From Nemertoderma westbladi (taxonomy: Eukaryota; Animalia; Xenacoelomorpha), in contig JAUCBJ010008048.1 in assembly GCA_032718475.1 (NCBI GenBank), forward strand, positions 1 through 64,000: a stretch of 64,000 nucleotides of DNA, in the 5' to 3' direction. Below are positions 51,282 to 64,000 of the stretch, piece by piece. Position 1 is the stretch's first letter. The number at the start of each line of letters is the position of its first letter. Made by a program: the position numbers and the translations under genes. Below the pieces are notes generated by a model, which was not told the DNA's origin, did not search any database, and saw nothing but the letters and a program-made list of their open reading frames with translations.

Positions 51282-51742
51282 TTAAAGCTTTTTGAAGAAC
51301 ATTTTGTCTGTAAGAACTTTATCTTTCGGCATTTTCTTCCCTTTTCCACGTTTATTCGGTCTTCCCCGTCCTTTCTTCCCCTGTAAATATAAATTCATAT
51401 ACTGTTACACTCACTTAATTACGTATATGTACAGTACTGTATATACTGTAGTAGACCTAAACCCACATTATATCCTATATTATATTTAGTCAAACAAACC
51501 TTCCCTTTCTTTCCCTTTCCTCTACGACTTCTAGATCTGCTTCCTTTACCGCGGCGACTCCTAGACCTGCTCTTCTTTCCCTTCTTACTTCCCTTTCGTT
51601 TTTTACGTCTCCTTTTCTCCATTTCGTTCCTGCTGGTGGAACGATTACCACTCTTTGATAGGCTCCTACTTTTCCTTTCATCTAAGGCCCAACTCGGCAA
51701 ACTATCCAACCCCGAATCACTTTCTTCAGGTTGAACAGGCAT
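51282..51742 (-). CDS. Two-exon small Lys/Arg/Ser-rich basic protein (protamine-like / sperm nuclear basic protein candidate), 113 aa
   Basis: Exon 1 is 51742-51500, then a GT..AG intron 51499-51381. Exon 2 (51380-51282) continues in frame GKKGRGRPNKRGKGKKMPK...KKL*. Contains SRSRSRR repeats. TATA-like and two CCAAT boxes (~51890, ~51926) lie upstream on the minus strand. Confidence 0.68.
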
Positions 51743-52052
51743 AATTATTTAAAATATTACCGATAATTATATATGTCCTAAACAAAAAAGATTTCAGAAA
51801 CTCTTTTGTAACGTATTTTCTCCTAATTGACATAGATTGATGTGCAGTTCTATTATATATAATTTTTTGAATTCCAGAACTTAGTTTTGATTGGTTGATT
51901 TGAGCAATACTGTTCTGATTATTTGATTGGCTAAAACAAAATGGTATTTAATAGGCAGTTTTGGTGGTAGGTTTATCCGTTAACGGTGTTCATTTTGATT
52001 AAACTGTTTGCTTAATGTAGTAGGCCTACTACTGTATACTATACATTAAAAT

Positions 52053-55000
52053 ATGTATGTGGGGGTGTATGGCAGTATGGTGTATGTGTATGTGGGGGTG
52101 TATGGCAGTATGGTGTATGTGTATGTGGGGGTGTATGGCAGTATGGTGTATGTGTATGTGGGGGTGTATGGCAGTATGGTGTATGTGTATGTGGGGGTGT
52201 ATGGCAGTATGGTGGTGTATGTGTACGTGGGGGTGTATGGCAGTATGGTGTATGTGTATGTGGGGGTGTATGGCAGTATGGTGTATGTGTATGTGGGGGT
52301 GTATGGCAGTATGGTGTATGTGTATGTGGGGGTGTATGGCAGTATGGTGTATGTGTATGTGGTGGTGTATGGCAGTATGGTGTATGTGTATGTGGGGGTG
52401 TATGGCAGTATGGTGTATGTGTATGTGGGGGTGTATGGCAGTATGGTGGTGTATGTGTATGTGTGGGTGTATGGCAGTATGGTGTATGTGTATGTGGGGG
52501 TGTATGGCAGTATGGTGTATGTGTATGTGGGGGTGTATGGCAGTATGGTGTTGGTGTATGTGTATGTGGGGGTGTATGGCAGTATGGTGTATGTGTATGT
52601 GGGGGTGTATGGCAGTATGGTGTATGTGTATGTGGGGGTGTATGGCAGTATGGTGTATGTCTATGTGGGGGTGTATGGCAGTATGGTGTATGTGTATGTG
52701 GGGGTGTATGGCAGTATGGTGTATGTGTATGTGGGGGTGTATGGCAGTATGGTGTATGTGTATGTGGGGGTGTATGGCAGTATGGTGTATGTGTATGTGT
52801 ATGTGGGGGTGTATGGCAGTATGGTGTATGTGTATGTGGGGTTGTATGGCAGTATGGTGTATGTGTATGTGGGGGTGTATGGCAGTATGGTGAATGTGTA
52901 TGTGGGGGTGTATGGCAGTATGGTGTATGTGTATGTGTATGTGGGGGTGTATGGCAGTATGGTGTATGTGTATGTGGGGGTGTATGGCAGTATGGTGTAT
53001 GTGTATGTGGTGGTGTATGGCAGTATGGTGTATGTGTATGTGGGGGTGTATGGCAGTATGGTGTATGTGTATGTGGGGGTGTATGGCAGTATGGTGTGTG
53101 TATGTGGGGGTGTATGGCAGTATGGTGTATGTGTATGTGGGGGTGTATGGCAGTATGGTGTATGTGTATGTGTATGTGGGGGTGTATGGCAGTATGGTGT
53201 ATGTGTATGTGGGGGTGTATGGCAGTATGGTGTATGTGTATGTGGGGGTGTATGGCAGTATGGTGTATGTGTATGTGGGGGTGTATGGCAGTATGGTGTA
53301 TGTGTATGTGGGGGTGTATGGCAGTATGGTGTATGTCTATGTGGGGGTGTATGGCAGTATGGTGTATGTGTAGGTGGGGGTGTATGGCAGTATGGTGTAT
53401 GTGTATGTGGGGGTGTATGGCAGTATGGTGTATGTCTATGTGGGGGTGTATGGCAGTATGGTGTATGTGTATGTGGGGGTGTATGGCAGTATGGTGTATG
53501 TGTATGTGGGGGTGTATGGCAGTATGGTGTGTGTGTATGTGGGGGTGTAGGCAGTATGGTGTATGTGTATGTGGGGGTGTATGGCAGTATGGTGTATGTG
53601 TATGTGGGGGTGTATGGTGTAGGTGTATGTGGGGGTGTATGGCAGTATGGTGTGTGTGTATGTGGGGGTGTATGGCAGTATGGTGTATGTGTATGTGGGG
53701 GTGTATGTGGGGGTGTATGTGAGGGTGTATGGCAGTATGGTGTATGTGTATGTGGGGGTGTATGGCAGTATGGTGTATGTGTATGTGGGGGTGTATGGCA
53801 GTATGGTGTATGTGTATGTGGGGGTGTATGGCAGTATGATGTATGTGTATGTGGGGGTGTATGGCAGTATGGTGTATGTGTATGTGGGGGTGTATGGCAG
53901 TATGATGTATGTGTATGTGGGGGTGTATGGCAGTATGGTGTATGTCTATGTGGGGGTGTATGGCAGTATGATGTATGTGTATGTGGGGGTGTATGGCAGT
54001 ATGGTGTATGTCTATGTGGGGGTGTATGGCAGTATGGTGTATGTGTATGTGGGGGTGTATGGCAGTATGGTGTATGTGTATGTGGGGGTGTATGGCAGTA
54101 TGGTGTATGTCTATGTGGGGGTGTATGGCAGTATGGTGTATGTGTATGTGGGGGTGTATGGCAGTATGGTGTATGTGTATGTGGGGGTGTATGGCAGTAT
54201 GGTGTATGTCTATGTGGGGGTGTATGGCAGTATGGTGTATGTGTATGTGGGGGTGTATGGCAGTATGGTGTATGTGTATGTGGGGGTGTATGGCAGTATG
54301 GTGTATGTGTATGTGGGGGTGTATGGCAGTATGGTGTATGTGTAGGTGGGGGTGTATGGCAGTATGGTGTATGTGTAGGTGGGGGTGTATGGCAGTATGG
54401 TGTATGTGTATGTGGGGGTGTATGGCAGTATGGTGTATGTCTATGTGGGGGTGTATGGCAGTATGGTGTATGTCTATGTGGGGGTGTATGGCAGTATGGT
54501 GTATGTGTATGTGGGGGTGTATGGCAGTATGGTGTATGTGTATGTGGGGGTGTATGGCAGTATGGTGTATGTCTATGTGGGGGTGTATGGCAGTATGGTG
54601 TATGTGTATGTGGGGGTGTATGGCAGTATGGTGTATGTGTATGTGGGGGTGTATGGCAGTATGGTGTATGTCTATGTGGGGGTGTATGGCAGTATGGTGT
54701 ATGTGTATGTGGGGGTGTATGGCAGTATGGTGTATGTGTATGTGGGGGTGTATGGCAGTATGGTGTATGTGTATGTGGGGGTGTATGGCAGTATGGTGTA
54801 TGTGTAGGTGGGGGTGTATGGCAGTATGGTGTATGTGTATGTGGGGGTGTATGGCAGTATGGTGTATGTGTAGGTGGGGGTGTATGGCAGTATGGTGTAT
54901 GTGTATGTGGGGGTGTATGGCAGTATGGTGTATGTGTATGTGGGGGTGTATGGCAGTATGGTGTATGTCTATGTGGGGGTGTATGGCAGTATGGTGTATG

Positions 55001-56160
55001 TGTATGTGGGGGTGTATGGCAGTATGGTGTATGTGTATGTGGGGGTGTATGGCAGTATGGTGTATGTCTATGTGGGGGTGTATGGCAGTATGGTGTATGT
55101 GTATGTGGGGGTGTATGGCAGTATGGTGTATGTGTATGTGGGGGTGTATGGCAGTATGGTGTATGTGTATGTGGGGGTGTATGGCAGTATGGTGTATGTG
55201 TAGGTGGGGGTGTATGGCAGTATGGTGTATGTGTATGTGGGGGTGTATGGCAGTATGGTGTATGTGTAGGTGGGGGTGTATGGCAGTATGGTGTATGTGT
55301 ATGTGGGGGTGTATGGCAGTATGGTGTATGTGTATGTGGGGGTGTATGGCAGTATGGTGTATGTGTATGTGGGGGTGTATGGCAGTATGGTGTATGTGTA
55401 TGTGGGGGTGTATGGCAGTATGGTGTATGTGTATGTGGGGGTGTATGGCAGTATGGTGTATGTGTATGTGGGGGTGTATGGCAGTATGGTGTGTGTGTAT
55501 GTGGGGGTGTATGGCAGTATGGTGTATGTGTATGTGGGGGTGTATGGCAGTATGGTGTATGTCTATGTGGGGGTGTATGGCAGTATGGTGTATGTGTATG
55601 TGGGGGTGTATGGCAGTATGGTGTATGTGTATGTGGGGGTGTATGGCAGTATGGTGTATGTGTATGTGGGGGTGTATGGCAGTATGGTGTATGTGTAGGT
55701 GGGGGTGTATGGCAGTATGGTGTATGTGTATGTGGGGGTGTATGGCAGTATGGTGTATGTGTAGGTGGGGGTGTATGGCAGTATGGTGTATGTGTATGTG
55801 GGGGTGTATGGCAGTATGGTGTATGTGTATGTGGGGGTGTATGGCAGTATGGTGTATGTGTATGTGGGGGTGTATGACAGTATGGTGTATGTGTATGTGG
55901 GGGTGTATGGCAGTATGGTGTATGTGTAGGTGGGGGTGTATGGCAGTATGGTGTATGTGTATGTGGGGGTGTATGACAGTATGGTGTATGTGTATGTGGG
56001 GGTGTATGGCAGTATGGTGTATGTGTATGTGGGGGTGTATGGCAGTATGGTGTATGTCTATGTGGGGGTGTATGGCAGTATGGTGTATGTGTATGTGGGG
56101 GTGTATGGCAGTATGGTGTATGTCTATGTGGGGGTGTATGGCAGTATGGTGTATGTGTAT
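52053..56160. repeat. 33-bp GT-rich minisatellite, ~4.1 kb (~120 copies)
   Basis: GTATGTGGGGGTGTATGGCAGTATGGTGTATGT repeated. Confidence 0.97.
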
Positions 56161-56164
56161 ATAA

Positions 56165-57250
56165 GGGAAGAAGCGATGCAAATTTCAATTAGTCGGTTGC
56201 CACATTATATCCATTTGTGTCTACTGTTGATGGTGACACAGAACCATTTGAAGTGTTATGGGGCGTCCTCCAGGGAGACACACTTGCACCATTCTTAATA
56301 ATTCTTAAATAATCTTAATACTGTAATTGTGGTTGACTATGTTCTACGCATGTCCTTAAATCATCATAATGATAATGGGGTGATGATAACTCTACCTACT
56401 GGCTCCAGAAGTCGAGGAAATCCTGCCAAGTATCTAACTGATCTAGACTTTGCTGATGACTTAAGAGTACTCTCAGAATCACTAGAGGGAGCCCAACGGC
56501 TCCTCAGCTCATTAGAACATGCTGACTTCGTGTGTTGGTCTTTTTGTTAACTCCAGAAAGACCAAAATTTTGACAGTTAACTTTGAAAGTTCTCAGCAAG
56601 TCTCTGATCGGATGAGCATAAGCTGGTATGCTTGAGCATGTGGACGACTTCTGTTACCTGGGATCATGGATCCGGAAGTCAGGTGAGGACCTTCGAATAC
56701 GTAAGGGAAAGGCATGGGCAGCCTTGAATAGGCTTTCCAGGATTTGGAAGTCATCGAGAATTAATCGGAAACTTAAGGTCCGATTATTTAGAGCAGCAGT
56801 TGTTCCAGTACTCCTCTATGGGAGTCCATGCTGGGCTCTAACTGCTGAGGACTCCAAATCTCTGGATGGCACATTCACAAGAATGCTACGCCGGGTTTAT
56901 TGTGTCAAGTACAAAGCACACATCTCAACCAGGCACTATATAACATTGGAGGTGTCTCATTGGTTCCCCCAAGCTTGACACTAGAACAAAATCGCCTCCG
57001 CTTTGCAGGACATTGCTTTCGCCGTGAGGACCAGCCAGTGCATAATCTTGTACTTTTTGGCAGCCTCATGGAGTGAATAAGCATGATGGACAGCCCATGA
57101 TTTTCTTGAGACGCATCTTAAAGGACACTGGCCTTGAAGATGCGGATGATCTAGCAAATGTCATGGGTGATAGGGAGTTGTGGCGGCGCAATTTTGTCGA
57201 CAAGCCGGCACAGCATTCTTAAAAATGTAGCTGCCATGCAGCATGCCGAT
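56165..57250 (+). pseudogene. Decayed RTE LINE 3' fragment
   Basis: LTDLDFADD, FCYLGS and LLYGSPCW motifs with frameshifts; near-identical to 37675-38440. Confidence 0.85.
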
Positions 57251-57541
57251 ACTACAGTTCAGCTCACCAACAGAGTGCCATTGGATCCGATCTGAACCGA
57301 TCGGATCCAACAGCTTCAAACACTTTCCAACAAACTCCAACAGTCCGACAACTTCCAACAGATTCAGACAGCTTCAAACAATTTCAGATAGATTCAAACA
57401 GAATCAGACAACTTCCAACAACCTGTCAATCACTCCACCCACCCTAACCACACTGAACTCACAACTTCCTGTACGCTAGGATACTATAAGAGTCAAAGCG
57501 TCTGAATGTATTACATGAATTCCATGGCAGACTGGGCTAGC

Positions 57542-60103
57542 CAGGCCTGGATTAAGGGGGGGGCTGTGTGGGCTGCAGCCCACGGCCCAAGCGACTGAAC
57601 CGGCCCTTTCAAATTGAGCTTTCCATTGTAATTGTTCTGTGCCTATAAGAGTCCCATGAAATATTAATCAATTCATAAGTCAAATTATCCAAAATCATGT
57701 TTGTACTATAATTCCTGAGTAAATTTCCCCCAGCCCATAACCAAATATTTCCATACCCCACTGTTTCCACAATAGGAATTATGCCTCCCAGGCCACACTA
57801 TACTGCCAAAGCAGGATAGGGCTATCAACCTGGACATATTAATTGGAAGCCAGCAGTCCCATTACCTACAGGCTATTTACTCCACCTAACTAATGCTTTA
57901 GGGCAAGCTTGTAGCACAGGTGATGTGAGCACATGACCAATCGTGAAACACATACCACACCTTTACTATAATAAACAGAACAGACAGACAGGAGGCTCTA
58001 AGCAAATGGCAGGGAAGACCTCCTGGTACATTGACACCAGGCTAGTGGCTTACCAAAACACGCTGTGATTGGTGTATTTGTTGAGATATTGGATTTCTTC
58101 TATGAGTCATGAATCACTGACTCTGGACTGGATCTAATAAATTGCAGGTAATGTGTTACGTGATATTTATTGGTTGGCTATACCTCTACACGAAGTACTT
58201 ACTTCTTATCCTGTTGTAAAGTTATATATATTTAAGCTTCAGCTTATGACACAGTGGTAAATAAAATAATAGTGTTAGTTTTTGTTACATTATATTAACG
58301 CTACCGTGACTTATCAGCGTTAATTATTATTATTGACACACTTAAATTAACAAATATAATAATATCGTTAAAATTATTATTATTAAAATAAATTATCGTT
58401 TATTGTTTTGGTTAGAAAAGCTCAAGCTCGCCACTGTAATCTGCTCCATTCCGCTAATTATTAAATCTAATTGATATGATATGATATGATATGGTCTGTT
58501 AGATCAGCAATCAGTAGATAACACCATCACTGTAACCTGCTCCATTCCCTTAAATTACGAAAGGGAAATCTAGTTTCGTTATTTGTTTATTGTTTTGGTT
58601 ATTGATTGTGAGATAGTTTTACTTAGCTGTACTTATATTGGTTATTGATAAAACTATGGTGATTTAAATTATTAGACAATTATAGAATTATCTCTACAAT
58701 AATCAGATAATGGGAACATTTGTAAAGAACGTTTCGAAGAAGGGTATTGGTGGTGCAGAAAAGATGCGAGCAAAAAAAGCTAAAGAGAAAAGAGAGAGTG
58801 TTTTGTTATCATCTGTGCCCAAGCTACGAACATATTTTACACCTATATCAGACCAAATAGACAAAACTTCGGATGAAACAGTAGAGCCTACCATTCCCCC
58901 AGTTGAATTACCTGATGCAGTCAGTGATGCTCCAATGCAATGCATCTCTGGCACAGGTGACTGTTTTAATGTAAACTTATCTGTAGCTGAAGAAATTGTT
59001 GATCCACTGTCAAATGTATCTGACGGCCAGGCCATTGCAAATCAATTTCATGGCTATGCTGGTGATGTTGAGCCATCTACTACTAATCTGTGTATAACTC
59101 CAGATGTTGGGACATGGAATGAGGTAGTTATTGTTCCTGGCATGATAGAATTTTGGGTTGGTGAAGGGAGCACACAATGCCAAAATATTGCTGGTGGTGA
59201 CTTTTCTGCATCGAGCTATATTCACGCCAATGAGAAGTTTACCCGCTCTTGCACATTGTCATTGTTTGAACGCAAAATGGAAGGACAACGACCAACAACA
59301 CGCGAATGGCTTTGCTACTCACCTTCTCAAGGCAAGGTTTATTGCTTTCCTTGTAAATTATTGTCTTCGGATCGGACCAATCAATTTGTTAACCTAGGAT
59401 TCAACAATTGGAAACATGCAGCTGTGGTTGTTCGCAGGCATGAAAATTCCGAATGTCACCGAGATGCAATGATCGGTTTGGTGATTAGAAGAGACGCAAA
59501 AAGACGTGTGGATGCAGCACTGCTTAAGGAATTTGAAATACAGAATAATTATTGGCAACAGGTACTTACTCGAGCTGTAAGTGTAATAAGAAAACTCACT
59601 GAACGTGGGTTGCCATTGCGTGGCAGTTATGAGCATATAGGTTCAACTCAAAACGGTAATTTCTTAGGAATGATGGAGTTAGACATACAAGTCTAGGATT
59701 TTACCATAAGATGTAGAACGCCATCTTGAGTATTTTTGGTAAAAAAAATTGTTTTGAAAAATTATGGTATATATGTGTTGTTCTGGCTTTATGGTCACGA
59801 TATTATACAGTATATTAAAATTTTATTGTATGTTTTATGTATTGTAATTAGTATTTTATTAGTTAATAATTTACTGTAATATTAAACAATTCTGTGTCTT
59901 TCTTTCAGTTGTAGGTAATGGTGCTTTTTGCATTAATTTTTGAGTTTACTCCATTGCTGTAATTAGCACTCGGTTTCTTTATAGTAAATAATTAATAATA
60001 ATTATATGTAAAATATTTAGTTTTTCATGTTATTTTTTACCCGTTGGAAAACGGCCCTTTTTATTACTCAGCCCACAGCCCTGATAACCTTAATCCGGCC
60101 CTG
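57542..60103 (+). mobile_element. hAT-superfamily transposon, internally deleted
   Basis: TIRs CAGGCCTGGATTAAGG / CCTTAATCCGGCCCTG; perfect 8-bp TSD GGGCTAGC at 57534-57541 and 60104-60111. Confidence 0.92.
58710..59696 (+). pseudogene. Truncated hAT (ZMYM1/TTF-Zn-finger type) transposase, N-terminal half
   Basis: REWLCYS...VYCFPCKL...GFNNWK...RHENSECH (TTF zinc finger) and GLPLRG...NGNFLG motifs. The ORF stops before the DDE and dimerisation domains. Confidence 0.82.
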
Positions 60104-61567
60104 GGGCTAGCGAATAGGGACTGGCGCCCTTGCCCCTTGAACATGCAAACTGTAGTACCTACTGTACCACCTACCTTTAACTGACCTGTGGGACCAGCCC
60201 ATTATTAGCGTTTAGCGAGGTCGGTATTTCTCTTTATCCTGCCGCTGTCTCTGTATAACACAATAGCATAAAGCTAGCCAATGGTCTACCCCCAGTGCGG
60301 GAAAGACAAGCTGGCTACCATTGATATGAATAGGGGATGGATAATATGGTGTGTTCGTGTTCCCATGCTAATGTCTGTCGTCTTCTCCGGGGTATTCTTT
60401 AAACAGAGCCATACTATAGAGCTTTACCGAAATACACTTCCAATGAGCCAAGCCTTCTAGCCCGGTTAACTCCAAAGACCAAAATGTGCCCATGTAGGAT
60501 TTCTTCGAAAAAGGCCCATTTTCTTTGAGTTACGAGTTACAGTAAAAAAATACTCATGATTAGATTTTGAGTTGCGCAGGAGAGGAGACAGTACCCTCCT
60601 CTACAGTTAATATCGTGTACACTTATTAGCTTTGTGCTTATTTCTAAATCTATGTGGTTTATTATGTATCTACAAGTTTGGATTTGCTCTGTTCTAGTTT
60701 TGTTTTTGTTTCGTCAATTACTATGTAATTGTGCGCTCTGCTTTATTTGGCTACATTGCCTATGTATGAATGAATACAATTTAGTTTTTAAGACATTATT
60801 TTAATTAGTATTTGGCGTGATTAGGTCTACCTTTTTCATCACAACAGTAGGGCAATGCCAATGGCGGATATACATTGATTACATTAAATTATGGTTGTCA
60901 CGTGAAATCATGCAAGGACACTAGCGTCCAGTTTAACCCCCCCCCCCCCCCCCCCCCCCCTCCCAATGCACATTCTCATCATATAGTCCCAATCCCAAGT
61001 ATGAATCACAATGACCCACATAGCCATCACGCCCCTGGAGCCACGGTAAATTGAATTAACTCCAGCGAAATTCAGTAATTAATTATATCAATATGCTATT
61101 CTAATCAAAACAATAAACTTTATTCAATAGAACATGTTACAGTTTTATTTTTTGGAGTAATCAGCAGATATTTGAGTCGATTTTCTCCTGGAGAGGGATG
61201 CATTTTGATTGCGTCCAAAGACTCCCCTATCTGGTGTTCAATGGGGTAAAATATAATAATGTTTTAGACTTTTCAGTTCACACTCATTACGCAAAGTATT
61301 TTCAGTATATTGTCATTGATAAACGATAGAACATGTACCACTTACCTTACGTACTACGTAGGCTGGCCTAAACCGGATATCTAATATTAGTAATTTGGAT
61401 ATATCACAACTGTTTAGAGGGTCCTCGGGCTCTATTTACAGGAATCAGGAACTGAAATACAATCTCCGCACACAATATTGCGTATAACTATTAAAATTAT
61501 TATTACATAGATTTAATTATTAAGTTATACATTATATATATGTACACTTGCATATGCACAATATCAG

Positions 61568-62906
61568 TTAGCCCATTGTCGGCCCACCCTTGTTGGCGAA
61601 AATCATGGGCAGTACGTCTACAATGTGGGTAATGTACTTCTGACACTTTTTGACTGTCAGAGTTTTCCAGAAAGACTTTATTCCGTCTACAAACTGTTGT
61701 TTATTTTGGGGCTGCACCACGTTTCTCAGATGTTCTTTAATTTCGTGCCACACCAACTTTATTGGGTCGGGGGATTCTGGGGGCCACCAAGTACGCGAGT
61801 AATTTATTGAGTTATTGTCAATATATGATAATGTGGCTTTGCTGGTGTGGCACGTGGCTGAGTCCGCCTGTAATATATAATTATTTTCAGGATACCGGTC
61901 TTTCGCGAAAGGAGCAACAGTGGAGCCGAGAATATGGCAATACTTGGTCGAATCAATTCTAGTTTTACCAGGTAATATTGCCAATGGGGTCCGTCCCTGA
62001 TAACTTATACCACCGTAAATATGGACTTTTATGGGAAATTTGGCTTTGGAACGAAGACGCATGAATGAGTCGCCCTTTCGAATGTAAAATTTCTTCCGGC
62101 AGTTGTCCAATTGAACGCTGCACTCATCCGTGAAAATAGTTCTCTGCAGAATGGAGGAAGGATCCCCTGAAATTAATATCGGGCTATTAAGTAACTATAG
62201 GTAACTGGGACTATTTGTAATTAATATTATATTAGAAAATAATTATGCTAACTTAATTCAAATACCTTTATAAAGGGGCGTAAAACATTACTTGATACTT
62301 AAGTACGGTATATCTTAATATTAGAATTAATATTACAAATAATTATTACTTAAAAACTAATTATTATTACTAATATTATAATTATCTATTATTAATATTG
62401 GGAGTTTAGATACTAAGGGGATTATTAGGGGGTTGGGGAATACTGTAGTGAAAATAATATAACTTACGTTCTAAATGTGACGCAAAATGCAACCTCTTGA
62501 CTTTGTTGACGTCACGAACAATCTGGCAATATTTCGCATTGGCAAAGACCCACCCAAGTCGTCGGCGTATTCGTTTTATAGTTGCAATGGAAATTTTGTA
62601 GCGCAGCATGGTGTTGATTTTTCTTTGCATTCGTAATGCAGTTATTTCGCCATTCGAGAGTTCAATTTCTTTATCTATCAGTTTCAGTATAATCTTTGGC
62701 GTTTTTATCGACTTCCTCCGTCCCGCAGTCTCGAAGGTCCCGCGATTTTTCACACGTCGAATTAAACGTCTAACTCCACTGGCGCTAACGGTGTAATTTT
62801 CTTCTTCAGCAATTATCTGTGCTATTCTACCAGGTTTGTAGTTTCTGAAGTGAAGACGCCATATTCGTTGTCTTACGTATTGGGGATAATGAACACCATG
62901 AGGCAT
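61568..62906 (-). CDS. Intron-containing IS630-Tc1-mariner-like transposase (345 aa), probably inactive
   Basis: Exon 1 (62906-62468) is HTH-like. A GTAAGT..TTTCAG intron spans 62467-62167. Exon 2 (62166-61568) is in frame, giving IFTDE, LQADSATCH and WPPESPDPIKLVW (canonical SPDLNPIE damaged). Confidence 0.82.
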
Positions 62907-63342
62907 TATAATTAACGTCTATGCGACTGCATGCAAGCACCTATATTTATATATTGGTTTATCAACACTTATTGTTAAGTTTAAAAAGACGTACAGTACA
63001 TGGGGTGGGAAATATATTGGATAGAATAAACTCTAAATAGACTGCCGATATGATGTTAACACTAATTTGACCACTGAAACAAAGTTGTTGAAATGATGTG
63101 GCCTATGTTAGGCATTTTGCAACCAATCCTGCAGCTTCTATGACTTTGAACGACCAATCACTGCTTAGGAAGAGAAGAGGCAGTGAGAGCGGTGTGCACC
63201 TTTAGTACGCTTACTGTAATCTACTTAAGGATGGATACAGGCAGGGCTAATTTCATCATGTTATATTTTCCTGTTTGCTTGAAACCACTTTTGCGATTAT
63301 TTTTTTATACATTTTACTTTTACTAGTGTTTTTATTCTAAAT

Positions 63343-64000
63343 TCAGTATTCAGTATGCCAACAGCTTCCCGAGAGGTTCGACCCCCGAACTTTGTATTCA
63401 TTGTTTGGAAAGACGGCACACATGGGATATGTTGTTCCTCCAAGGTTCGCGGAAAGATAGAAGTCGGAGGTGTTGTTTCCTGTTCCGTGAGTGATGTGGA
63501 ATATCAGGGCACAATTCAGGCGGCGAGCCACAGCAGGGCAGAAGTGAAAGCGTTTGAAACTGAGTACGAGACATCTTTGGATACTCTGAGGAATAGTACT
63601 CCACTAGCACCAGTTCATGTTACACCAACGGCTAAGAACTGCTCTAAAAAGCGCAAGAAAATTGATCTCCCACTGGAAATGGAAATAGTAGAAGGTAATA
63701 TTATATTTATATAATGTATGATTAAATAGTTAAGATAGCAGATTAGCCCATAAGTGAAAATTTTCAATTTGGGAGGGTTAGTATTTTAGTGTGAATAAAC
63801 ACATTTTTGTAAACTGTTAATTACCAAAACACACCAATTTATTTCAAGAATAAATAAACAAAATAAATATAGGCCTACGTATGAATAAACATACAACATA
63901 TTTCCAACTTTTTTTTAATTCTGTCAGATTATTTAATTAAACTTGAACATTACAGGTGAAACTGGACCGCGGGTACCGATGCCACCGGGGCTTTGTTATT
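63343..64000 (+). CDS. Spliced gene of unknown function, partial (exon ~63345-63694, next exon from ~63956)
   Basis: ORF 63355 (PNFVFIVWKDGTHGI...YQGTIQAAS...KKRKK); donor GAAG|GTAATA near 63695 and acceptor TTACAG near 63955. Confidence 0.5.

Noticed and set aside
52039-56298. Very long His/Pro/Thr- or Val/Tyr/Gly-rich ORFs (up to 1380 aa)
   Set aside because: Artefacts of a 33-bp stop-poor minisatellite that is open in several frames on both strands.
57290-57430. Degenerate CAGACAACTTCCAACA-type repeats with a 78-aa ORF
   Set aside because: Low-complexity sequence with no coding evidence.
60937-60960. Poly-C tract
   Set aside because: Simple homopolymer with no supporting context.

Overview
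Eukaryotic (probably marine invertebrate) AT-rich, transposon-dense window with no prokaryotic features. 1-27.8 kb: two divergently oriented BEL/Pao-type LTR elements with open gag genes. The second lacks RT/RNase H/integrase and carries a decayed unknown ORF before its 3' LTR. This part also holds an intronless RING-B-box-coiled-coil (TRIM-like) gene, an RTE LINE and CRE-clade fragments. 27.8-49.3 kb: a ~21.5 kb polarised array of ~14 non-autonomous Helitron/Helentron-like units (5'-TC...hairpin-CTAG/CTCG-3' on the minus strand) from several subfamilies, separated by short unique spacers (0-302 bp); one spacer matches sequence 13 kb away. 49.3-64 kb: two minisatellites, a two-exon protamine-like gene, an RTE fragment, a hAT element with TIRs and TSD, and an intron-containing Tc1-like transposase head-to-head with an unknown spliced gene. 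All calls are by eye, without database searches.
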